A DNA stretch of 64,000 bases from Squalus acanthias. Taxonomy: Eukaryota. Positions 26,860 through 37,845 of the stretch are shown here, in pieces. The stretch spans positions 91,514,001-91,578,000 of the forward strand of contig CM059432.1 of NCBI GenBank assembly GCA_030390025.1. The letters run 5' to 3'. Position 1 is the first letter of the stretch. Each line of letters opens with the position of its first letter. Both the position numbers and the translations under genes were made by a program. Below the pieces are notes generated by a model. It worked only from the letters and a program-made list of their open reading frames with translations. It ran no database searches and was not told the origin of the DNA.

Positions 26860-29243
26860 AGTTTTTGCACAGTGTGTGCAGGAGGGTTTCCTGACACAAT
26901 ATGTGGATAGGCCGACAAGAGGTGGGGCCACGTTGGATTTGGTACTGGGTAATGAACCGGGCCAAGTGTTTGATTTGTATGTGGGAGAGCACTTTGGAGA
27001 TAGTGACCACAATTCGGTAACTTTCACTATTGCAATGGAGAGGGATAGGGCCATACGGCAGGGCAGGGTTTATAATTGGGGGAGGGGTAATTATGATGCG
27101 ATTAGGCAAGAATTAGGGAGTATAAGATGGGAACAGAAACTATCAGGGAAAGGCACAAACGAAAAGTGGAGCTTTTTCATGGAGCAATTACTGCGTGTCC
27201 TTGATAGGTATGTCCCTGTCAGGCAGGGAGGAAATGGCCGAGTGAGAGAACCATGGTTCACAAAAGAGGTTGAATGTCTAGTCAAGAGGAAAAAGGAAGC
27301 GTATGTAAGGATGAGAAAACAAGGTTCAGTTGGGTCGATTGAGGGGTACAAGGTAGCAAGGAATGAGCTAAAAAAAGAGCTTAGGAGAGCTAGGAGGGGG
27401 CATGAGAAGTCCTTGGCGGGTCGGATCAAGAAAAACCCCAAGGCTTTTTACTCTTATGTGAGAAATAAAAGAATGACCAGGGTGAGGGTAGGGCCGGTCA
27501 AGGACAGTAGTGGGAACTTGTGCATGGAGTCAGAAGAGATAGGAGAGGTGATGAATGAATACTTTTCGTCAGTGTTCACCGAGGAGAGGGGCCATGTTCT
27601 TGAGGATGAGAGTGTGATAAAGGTGGATAGGCTGGAGGTGGTAGATGTTCTGAGGGAAGATGTTTTAGCAATTTTGAAGAACCTGAGGGTCGATAAGTCC
27701 CCTGGGCCAGATGGGATATATCCTAGGATTCTTTGGGAGGCAAGGGAGGAGATTGCAGAGCCTCTGGCTTTGATCTTTGGGTCCTCACTGTCCACGGGGA
27801 TGGTGCCAGAGGACTGGAGAGTGGCGAATGTTGTTCCTCTCTTCAAGAAAGGAAATAGGAATGACCCTGGTAATTATAGGCCGGTTAGTCTTACTTCGGT
27901 GGTTGGTAAGATAATGGAAAAGGTCCTGAGGGATAGGATTTATGACCATTTGGAAAGGGGCAACTTAATCAGGGATAGTCAACACGGATTCGTGAAGGGT
28001 AAGTCTTGCCTAACAAATTTGATTGAATTCTTTGAGGAGGTAACTAAGTGTGTAGATGAAGGTAGAGCAGTTGATGTCGTATACATGGATTTTAGTAAGG
28101 CGTTTGATAAGGTTCTCCATGGTCGTCTCATGAAGAAAGTAAGGAGTTGTGGGATAGAGGGAAATTTGGCCGATTGGATAAGTAACTGGCTATCTCATAG
28201 AAGGCAGAGGGTGGTGGTGGATGGAACATTTTCGGACTGGAGACCAGTTACCAGCGGTGTGCCACAGGGGTCGGTGCTGGGTCCTCTGCTGTTTGTGATT
28301 TTTATCAATGACTTGGAGGAGGGAACTGAAGGGTGGATCAGTAAATTTGCTGATGACACCAAGATTGGTGGAGTAGTGGATGAGGTGGAGGGCAGTTGTA
28401 GGCTGCAAAGAGACATTGATAGGATGCAGAGCTGGGCCGAAAAATGGCAGATGGAATTTAACCCTGATAAGTGCGAGGTGATTCATTTTGGTAGGACAAA
28501 TTTGAATAATGATTACAGTGTCAATGGCAGGGTTCTGAGGAACGTGGAGGAGCAGAGGGATCTGGGGGTTCATATCCACAGATCTCTGAAGGTTGCCACT
28601 CAAGTGGATAGAGCAGTAAAGAAGGCCTATGGTGTGTTGGCGTTTATTAACAGAGGGTTTGAGTTTAAGAACCGTGAGGTTATGCTGCAACTGTACAGGA
28701 CCTTGGTGAGACCACATTTGGAATATTGTGTGCAGTTCTGGTCACCTCACTATAGGAAGGACGTGGAAGCATTGGAAAGAGTGCAAAGGAGATTTACCAG
28801 GATGCTGCCTGGTTTGGGGGGGAGGTCTTATGAGGAAAGATTGAGGGAGTTGGGGCTTTTCTCTTTAGAGCGGAGGAGGATGAGAGGCGACTTAATAGAG
28901 GTTTATAAGATGATGAGGGGGATAGATAGAGTGGATGTTCAGAGACTATTTCCTCGGGTAGAGGCAGCTGTTACAAGGGGGCATAACTATAAGGTGCATG
29001 GGGGAGATATAGAAGGGATGTCCGAGGTAGATTCTTTACTCAGAGAGTGGTTGGGGTGTGGAATGGACTGCCTGCTGTGATAGTGGAGTCGGACACTTTA
29101 GGAACTTTCAAGCGGTTATTGGATAAGCACATGGAGCACACCAGAGTGATAGGGAGTGTGATAGCTTGATCTTGGTCTCGGACAATGCTCGGCACAACAT
29201 CGAGGGCCGAAGGGCCTGTACTGTGCTGTACTGTTATATGTAT
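26860..29243 (+). mobile_element. Young 5'-truncated CR1 LINE; ORF2 open for 734 aa (26876-29080), frameshift near 29000
   Basis: End of EN (LDLVL, SDH) and complete RT (NYRPVSLTS, YMDFSKAFD, GVPQGSVLGP, FADD). Confidence 0.95.
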
Positions 29244-29316
29244 CTAAAACCTGACCAGCTACAGTTAAATTTAAAAATGGAGGTTAAATCTGAGGCATGG
29301 CAGCCTCATTATATTA

Positions 29317-29567
29317 CAGTAAACTCTTTCGTATCCGGCACCTACGGGACCGGGATGGTGCCGGTTGATGAAAAATTCCGGATAACAGAGAGGTAGGCAA
29401 TTTTTAACACACAAAAAGTAAAAACCACTGACTAACTCGGCCACCGCGGGAAATTCGGACTCAGAAAAACGAAAAATGGATGGATTCGGCAAGATTACCG
29501 GCTATCTATTTTGCCGGTTATTAAAGAATTCCGGATGATGAAGTGCCGTTTAAACAAGAGTTTACTA
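29317..29567. mobile_element. Tc1/mariner (pogo/Tigger-like) MITE, 251 bp
   Basis: TA|CAGTAAACTCT ... AGAGTTTACTA|TA; absent from the paralogous site near 62220. Confidence 0.85.
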
Positions 29568-31417
29568 TATTTAAATGAACGACCCGCCTCCTGGGAGCGG
29601 GTTGGCTGCCCGGCCCCCGACCTGTCTCCGTTAAAACCGGAAGTGGGTGGGTTGGAGTCTGGGTCTGGTCAGGATTCAGATTTTTAGCACCATAGCTCCC
29701 CAAACGACCCCAACCCACCCCTTTTTTGGGGGGGTTAAAATTCTCCCCTTAATATTTCATTTGAACCAATTTATTTTAGCAGCTTTTTATCTTTGCTCAA
29801 ACTTTTAAAGGTTGTGCCATGAATAGGACATGACACTTGAGTGGATGGAGGAAACTTCTGCTCACTCTTTGGAGTATGGAATAACCTCAATGCATAGCTT
29901 TGGGCCAAGCTAAATGAGACAATGGTGTTGCTTTTAACCCCCAGTGGGTTTTGGGCAGGCGGAGTGAGTGTAAAATGCACACACCAGCCTACATTTGCGA
30001 TGCGGGTTATTTTAGCTCTTGGGCCTCATCTGCATGTCAGGGTGTGACGTCTCGCACCCCTCTGTGCCTTCATTACGGGCACTGCCATATTGGCAAAGGC
30101 ATCTTAGCAGGTGTCCTGGCAGCTGCCTTAAACAGACATTGGGGCCTAGAAATTGGATGAGGCCCGAAAACTGGCGCGGGCAGCGCAAAGCACTGTGTGC
30201 CCGCACCCATTCAAAGTGGTGCAGGCAGTACGCAAAATTCGTGCTGCCTGGTTATTATAATGATTGCATAGCTGATCTTAGCGCTAAACACGCAGCTGAT
30301 TGGCGTAACGCTGAACAGGGGGGCCAATACTCAGTGCAGACTACTGGCCAATAAAGTTTGGCCCAGGCACTCTCTGCTAATTAGAGGGGAGATGCTTCAT
30401 TGCAGAAGCACCTCGTGGTCATTGTGGAAAATGCCATGGCCCAACAGCCAAGAGAGAAGGCGAGGAGATTTTCTGATACAGCGCTGGAGTCCTTGGTCCT
30501 GGGGGTTCAAAGGCGCTGTGAGGTCCTCTACCCGCAGTGGGGCAGGAGACCTTAAAGGTACAACAGCAGAAAGCTGTGGTAGGAGATAGCTGAAGCCGTC
30601 AGTGTGACTAGAGTTGTCCCAGGACTTGGATCCAGTGCCACAAGAAGCTTAATGACCTCACACGAGTGGTCAAGGTGAGTGAATGCATCTTCAAATGCCA
30701 TATCCCACCATTTGCGCCAGTAGCCTCACACACTGCTCAATGCACCACACCATCACTCACCTACCAATAATCTCTACCTATCACCACTCATACCTCACCA
30801 TCATAGCTTTACTTCATCCTCACACTTGCCACTGCTGCAAGACTCACACCCACATCTCACACCTTGCACACACTGCCAGCTATTCAACCACAGCAAGTAC
30901 ATCACCCACCTTGCAGCACACTCACTGACACACTTCCCTTTCTCTTGCAGGCAAAGGTAGCTCATCACTCCCGGGAGCAGCAGCAGACGAGTGGAGGGGA
31001 AGCCCGTCTGCAGAACCTGTCAGAGCTGGAGGAAGCAGTGCTGGATATTGTTGGTGGGGCTGTCACTAAGGCCGTGGCGAACGGCGAAGTTCAAAGCATT
31101 GCTGATGATGACAGTATGTTCATACCTAATCCTTCTTCTCACATCCCACTTCCCCCTCATCCCACATTCTCTTCTCACTTACAAGCATGGACATCTTGCT
31201 TTCCCCCCACCATGCACCAGCGCTATTTAAAGGGATACATCCAACTTGCAGGTAAGTTGATTATTTCTCTTGTACTGCCTCTTGCAGAGTTTATATCAAT
31301 ACTGGCTTGCTGGAAGACATTTATAAAGTTGGTAAAGTGTGCAGAGAGTGCTGCTGGACGTTGGGAAGGGGTTGGCTGCTACTGGAAGGCCTCTGATCAC
31401 ACCACTTGCTCCCAGTC

Positions 31418-32502
31418 ATGGGGGCTCTAGTTGCAGTCCCCCTCGCGGTGCAGCATGACAGGGAGATGGAGCAGAGGCAGCGAAGACGAGCTGCTCGTAG
31501 AGGGAGGGGGAGGAGGGCTCTTGGCAGGAGGCCTTACCCACCTAGGGTCTCCAGGGAGCACTTCATTTACCTGCACCTAAGCCAGGAGCAGTGAGTTCGC
31601 CAGCTCCGCTTCACTAAGGACGTGGTCACAGAACTGCTATCTCTTGCAACCAGACCTGCAGTCTCCGAGCAGGGCGATGACTGCACTGCCAGTGTCCAAG
31701 GCCCTGAATTTTTTCGCCAGGGTATCCTTCCAGGCTGGAATAGGTAACATAGCAAACATCTCGCAGTTCGCCATCCATCGCTGCATCCAGGAGGTCACAG
31801 AGGCTCTGTACTCTCGGAGAATAGACTTCTTCATCTTCTCTCTAAACAGAGAGAAGCAGGAGGAGCACGCAGGTGGCTTTGTCATGATGTTGGGTTTCTA
31901 CATGGTGCAGGGCCCATCGACTGCCTACATGTGGCTTTGCGGGCACCACATATCAGTGCTGAGATGTTCCGTAAAAGACTACCACTCACTTAATGTGCAG
32001 TTGGTGTGCGACCACGCCCAGTACATCATGATAGTGAATGCCCACTATCCTGGCAGCAGTCATGATGCCGTCATCCTGCGCCAGTCCGGTGTGCCATCAA
32101 TCTTCCAGCCACCACGTCAAACCCGAGGGTGGCTGCTCGGAGACCAGGACTATCCGCTCTACACCTGGCTGATGACGCCCCTCCGCAACCCCACCACTCG
32201 TGGCCAGCAATCATATAATGAGAGCCATGCTGCCACAAGGGACCTCATGGAGCAGACCATCGGGGCACTCGAGCAACAGTTCCGCTGCCTTGAGCGCTCA
32301 GGAGAAGCCCTCCAGTACTCATTGGACCAGGTCTCCCAATTCGTGGTGGTCTGCTGCATCCTTCACAAGTTGCCCGTCATCAGGGCGCAGCTCTTGCCAC
32401 CACGGATTCCGCGACCACCTCAGGAGGCGGAGGAGGCAGCCTGCAAAACCCCGTTCCAGATGGGCTGTCCGTGAGAGCCTCATCAGACTCCAGTTCCCCT
32501 AA
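31418..32502 (+). pseudogene. Harbinger DDE transposase with stops and frameshifts
   Basis: YHSLNVQLVCD, YPGSSHDA, GWLLGDQDY, YNESHAATRDLMEQTIG, CCILH. Confidence 0.92.
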
Positions 32503-33269
32503 ATGAAACCGCAGAGCCATGTTGCTCAATACTTCCCCACCTTAGCATCCCTCTGTCATGGAACATCAGTGTCCTCCAATGCTGAAATGAGAGCCACCAC
32601 AAAACAAACATTCCAAACATAATTTTTAAATGATTAATTCCAATATTACATAACAGTCAACTAATCACCCTTGTGCTTTCCCTTAGTGTCTGTCTTTCGT
32701 GTTCCTTTACCTATTCCAGTGCTTCTATGAAGTGTTATCCCAGTGGCTTCAGCATAGTTGGTGGAAGGCTGCTAATTTTCCATGGGGGACACTGCAGATG
32801 GTCTTGCAGGATGACCTTGAGCAGCTCTGAGCCCAGAAGGCCCGGCTGTAGACTGCACCAACTCGGCATGGGTGGCAGGAGTCTGGGCTGGCTGGCTGCC
32901 AGGCAACTACAATGGCACTGGTGGAGTGGCAGTGGTGGAAGTACGAATGCTGTCATCCTCAGAGAGGACAGCAGGTTCTTGCTCCAGGGAGCTGCTTCCA
33001 CTTCCCGAGGTGGCGCCTCAGCATTCCTAGTAATCTGTTGGAGGACAGATTGCTGGAGTGCTGCGACACCCTGCAAGCCCCTTTCCACACTCGTAAACCC
33101 AGCCACGATGGCGGCAGTCTGCGCTTGCGTGGCAGCTGGCCCTGCATGACCGAAGTCTGAGCTTCCACTGCAGCACTCAACATTGGGTCGCTTCCCATTG
33201 TGCTGCAATGGAAGCTGCGACATCGCCCATCACACCCAGCATCATGGTTGGGTCCACAAGTGCGCTACT

Positions 33270-33666
33270 GAAAGAAAAAAGGAAGAATTGGATTTATATC
33301 GCGCCTTTCAAGACCACTGGACGTCCCAAAGCGCTTTACAGCCAATAAAGTACTTTTTGAAATGTAATCACTGTTGTAATGTGGGAAATGCAGCAGCCAA
33401 TTTGCACACAGCGAGCTCCCATAAACCAATGTGATAATGACCAGATAATCTGTTTTAATTATGTTGATCGAGGGATAAATGTTGACCAGGACCCCGGGGA
33501 TACCTCCCCTGCTCTTCAAAATAGTGTCATGGGATCTTTTACATCCACCTGAGAGAGCAGACGGGGCCTCGGTTTAACGTCTCATCCGAAAGACGGCACC
33601 TCCGACAGTGCAGCACTCCCTCAGCACTGCACTGGAGTGTCAGCCTAGATTTATGTGCTCAAGTCC
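33270..33666 (-). mobile_element. Deu-domain SINE (SacSINE1-like), head truncated
   Basis: Homologous to 25172-25565; inserted in Myb exon 3 of element B. Confidence 0.85.
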
Positions 33667-33907
33667 TTGTAATAGAGTTGCCCATCACTTCCATCCTGGA
33701 AATCATGGGCTCCAAGCTCTGCGCAAAGCCCTATGCAATGTTGGAGCTGGACTCCTCGTTGCTCCTTGACAGTGACAAGAGGCTCTCTGGCAGGCCTGCC
33801 ATTGCACCAAGCATTTCTGTATGCGTGCCTATCACCCTTCTTCTGGAGGCCGCCCCATTGAAATCCTCATCTGAGTTCTCTGCAGCAGAGCATGTGTGCA
33901 ACACTTT

Positions 33908-34405
33908 AGGAAGGATGTCAAGGCCCTTGAGAGGGTGTAGAGGAGATTTACCAGAATGGTTCCGGGGATGGGGGATCTTAGCTACAAGGACAGTTTGGAG
34001 AAGCTGGATTTGTTTTCATTAGAGCAAAGGAGGTTGAGGGGTGATTTGATAGAGGTGTACAAGATTATGACAGGTTTGGATAGGCTAGAAGGGGAAAGGC
34101 TATTCCCACTAGTTGATGGTACAAGGACTAGGGGACACAGATTTAAGGTTTTGGGTAACAGATACAGGGGGGATGTGAGGGAAAACTTTTTTACGCAGCG
34201 AGTGGTGATGACCTGGAACTCGCTGCCGACGGAAGTGGTGGAAGCGGACACACTCAATGTATTCAAGGGGAGACTGGATAGCCACTTGAGGGAAATAAAC
34301 TTGTAGGGCTACAGGGATAGAGCGGGGGAATGGGACTGACTGGATTGCTCTGCAGAGAGCTGGCACAGACTCGATGGGCCGAATGGCCTCCTTCTGTGCC
34401 GTCAC
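33908..34405 (+). mobile_element. CR1 3' fragment; its (ATGACTCT)n tail continues at 34841-34852 and 38851-38860
   Basis: LFSLEQRRLRGDLIEVYKI...FFTQRVVMTWNSLP; Myb sequence of element B rejoins at 33906/38861. Confidence 0.9.
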
Positions 34406-34840
34406 GGCAACACGGTGGCATAGTGGTTAGCACTGGTGCCTCACAGCGCCAGAGACCCGGGTTCGAATCTGACCTCGGGTGACTGTCTGTGTGGAGTTTG
34501 CACATTCTCCCCGTGTCTGCGTGGGTTTCCTCCGGGTGCTCCGGTTTCCTCCCACAGTCCAAAAATGTGCGGGTTAGGTTGATTTGGCTATGATAAATTG
34601 ACCCTTTGTGTTAGGGGGGATTAAATATGTGGGGTTATGTGGATAGGATGGGATATGTTAAGGGGAATTAAATATGTGGGGTTACGGGGGTAGGGTGGGA
34701 TATGTGTACTGTGGGGATTAAAGCAGGGACAGGGTACTGGATTTGGATGATCAGCCATGATCGTATTGAATGGCGGAACAGGCTCGACGGGCCGAATGGC
34801 CTACTCCTGCTCCTAGATTCTATGTTTCTATGTTTCTATG
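34406..34840 (+). mobile_element. Full-length V-domain (HE1-like) SINE with CR1-derived tail
   Basis: A box TGGCATAGTGG, B box GGTTCGAATC, V core, internal duplicated GGATTAAATATGTGGGGTTA, tail (TTCTATGT)n, TSD-like GTCAC/GTCAT. Confidence 0.9.
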
Positions 34841-35150
34841 TCATGACTCTATGGGCTGGATTTTGTCAGTGTGGGCGGGCTGGGGCGTGTCAGGTGGAAA
34901 TCGTGTCAGGACCCCGACTCCTAAGTGAAGTGCTGAAAAAGTGGGATTTTCCCCTAATTGGGCAATTGATTTCCTGCGTGTGGGAACACCTGGCCCAATG
35001 AGTCTTTTCATACAGAAAGTCGCCTCCGATGACGTCATCAATGCTGCTGGATTTAAGACCTGCAAGCAGCCTTGCTTCCTCTGGAGACTGCAAAGGCTCT
35101 GCAAATTGTATGAAGGTGTTGATTCCCCGACAATATCCACGATCAAGCAA

Positions 35151-37845
35151 ATGTGTGCACCTCGGTTTGATGAGCCCTCCCTCCAAGCTCTGGTGCACGG
35201 AGCCAGATGTAATAAGGAGGTGCTGTTCCCTTCCTCGGGGAGAAAAAAGCCACCCCAGAAGACAAAAGCTGTGTGGCTGCAAGTGGCCCAGGAGGTCAAC
35301 TCCATTTCGCAGAGCCGCAGAACCTGGCTGCAATGCAGGAAGAGGTTTCATGATTGGAATTCTCTACCACAGAAGGTTGTTGAGGCCAGTTCGCTAAATA
35401 TATTCAAAAGGGAGTTAGATATAATACTCACAACTAGGGGGATCAAGGGGTATGGCGAGAAAGCAGGAATAGGGTACTGAGGTAGCATGTTCAGCCATGA
35501 ACGCATTGAATGGCAGTGCAGGCTCGAAGGACCGAATGGTCTACTCCTGCACCTATTTTCTATGTCTATGTTTTCTATAGCGAAAGGGTTTGAGTATAGG
35601 AACAGGGATGTCCTGCTGCAGTTGTACAGGGCCTTGGTGAGACCACACCTTGAGTACTGTGTGCAGTTTTGGTCGCCTTATCTGAGGAAGGATGTTCTTG
35701 CCATGGAAGGAGTTCAGCGAAGATTTACCAGACTGATACCTGGGATGGCAGGAATGACATATGAGGGGAGATTGGGTCGATTGGGCTTATACTCGCTGGA
35801 GTGTGGAGGGATGAGAGGGGATCTCATCGAAACATATAAAATTCTGACAGGTCTGGACAGACTGGATGCAGGAAGAATGTTCCCGATGGTCGGAGAGTCC
35901 AGAACCAGGGGTTATAGTCTAGGGATAGGGGGTAGGCCATTTGGGACAGAAGTGAGGAGGAATTTCTTCACCCAGAGAGTGGTGAACCTGTGGAATTCTC
36001 TACCACAGAAGGTAGTTGAGGCCAAGTCATTAAATATATTCAAGAATGAGTTAGATATATTTCTTAAAGCTAAAGGTATCAAGGGATATGGGGAGAAGGC
36101 AGGTACAGGGTACTGAGTCTGGATGATCAGCCATGATCTCATTGAATGGCGGAGCAGGCTCGAGGGGCCGAATGGCCTACTCCTGCTCCTATCTTCTATG
36201 TTTCTATGATCTTCTCCGCACAGGAAAAGTGAGTATGACTTTCCCATCACCCTCAATCTGATCCCCATCGCCTCTCCTCACCAGCACTCTGCTTTGCCAA
36301 CCTCTTCCTCCACATGCCACTTGACACTTACATGCCTGCACCCTTACCCATTCCCTCTCTCTTGAAGGTCACATTCACTTAAATATTCGACCATGCAGCC
36401 CTCACACTCCCTATCACTGTGATGCCATGACAACAACTTTCAACACACAGGGATGGTCCTTTGTATCCTTCTAAGCATCTATGCTATGGATTCTCTACAC
36501 TCACACCTTCATTCTCACTCAAACTCCACTTGTGTCCCTCATTGCAGGAAAAGAGAGCCCACAATAAGAGGGAACGAGCCATGACAGGAGGAGGGCCACC
36601 CTCAGTAGCCCAGCTCACCACCTCAGAGGAGGCGACCCAGGAAATCGCCGGGATCGAGGAGGATTCCCAAGTGGGGGACGGACAGATGGGCACATCGCAG
36701 CAAGCTGGTAACAGAATAGTTTGGCATCTCTCTCATTGACATTGCATGAGTCACTGATAATGAATCTGATGCTCTAACAGATTGACTTATGATCATCTGC
36801 ACTATTCAATGTTCATGTAACCTTGACCTCACATCTCTAACTCTTTCCTTTACTCCCCCACAGGACCATCGAGAGCCCCCGTCCCCACTGTCCAGGAAGA
36901 AGAGCCTGAGCTTCCAGACTCCTCAGAGGAAGCTGCAACCTCTGAGGGCGCAGCTTCAGCAGAATTCAGCACACCCAGCGCCAGCGCACCTGGTGTATCA
37001 CAGCTCACAAGTGAGCATCAGCAGATGGTGGAGACAGGGACAGCAGTGGAGAGTCCTCATCAGAGGGCACAGGACTCGGCCAGCTCGGCTCAGCTGCATG
37101 TCAACCCTGTGCCTCCGGGTCCATCCAGAACTCCAGGAACAGGTGCAAGAGTCTCTGGCAGGTTTTTGTCTCCAGGGTCGCTGCGAGTGTCGAGCGAATG
37201 GAGGAGTCCATCACGAACATGAGCAGAGCCTTTGTGGAGGCATTGGCGCATGAATGCATCACCATGGAAAGGATGGCTACAGTAGAAGAGAGGATGGCTA
37301 CGGCCATGGAGGAGCTAAGTCGCCAGAGAGTAGAAAACATGGTAATTGTTCAGAATAGACTGGCATCTCTTGAGGAGTGATGGTCAGCTACTGAGCATAG
37401 AAACCAAACCTTCATGGAAGTCCTCTGGAGTAGGACTGCCAGTACAGAAACGGATCCTCATGGCCCCCCTGAAGTGCAGCAAGGTGCTGTCAAGCCACTT
37501 GTTAGCTCTGAAGTGGGGCTGACCCATGAGAGGGATGTTGGTGGCAGACAACAAGGAAGTGGGGGCTCCTCTCCAAGCGCTCAAACGACCATGCCACTGT
37601 AAAGCCCTCAGTCAGAGCCCCACCAGAGTCCTCACCCAACTGAGATGGGCGTCTCATCCCCTGCACAGCCGCAGGAGCAGCAGACTGTTGCCGAGCCCTC
37701 ACAGGTTCGCAACCCCAGAGGACGGCCGCCAAAGGTGTCGCAACAGGAGCAGCAAGAAAGTGAGCAAGGGGCCTCCACATCTGCTGAAGCCACAGGGGAA
37801 GCACCATGTAGGAGCACGCGTAAGAGGAAGATAATGCACAAGTAG
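35151..37845 (+). pseudogene. Three-exon Myb/SANT-like gene of element C (35151-35354 plus 36211-36228; 36548-36707; 36864-37845)
   Basis: APRFDEPSLQALV...WLQVAQEVNS...RTWLQCRKRFHDLLR, GTGAGT donor, EKRAHNKRERAMTGGG; GT-AG junctions in phase. Confidence 0.85.
35355..36208 (+). mobile_element. Two tandem CR1 3' fragments (about 35355-35578 and 35579-36208) in Myb exon 1
   Basis: Two ORF2 C-termini and two tails; ATGAT on both flanks. Confidence 0.9.

Larger units (their letters stand above)
26405..29748. mobile_element. G-rich Harbinger-type MITE (left end lost) carrying a CR1 and a Tigger-like MITE
   Basis: 26405-26855 plus 29245-29748 are colinear with 61475-62404; ends AAAATTCTCCCC. Confidence 0.8.
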
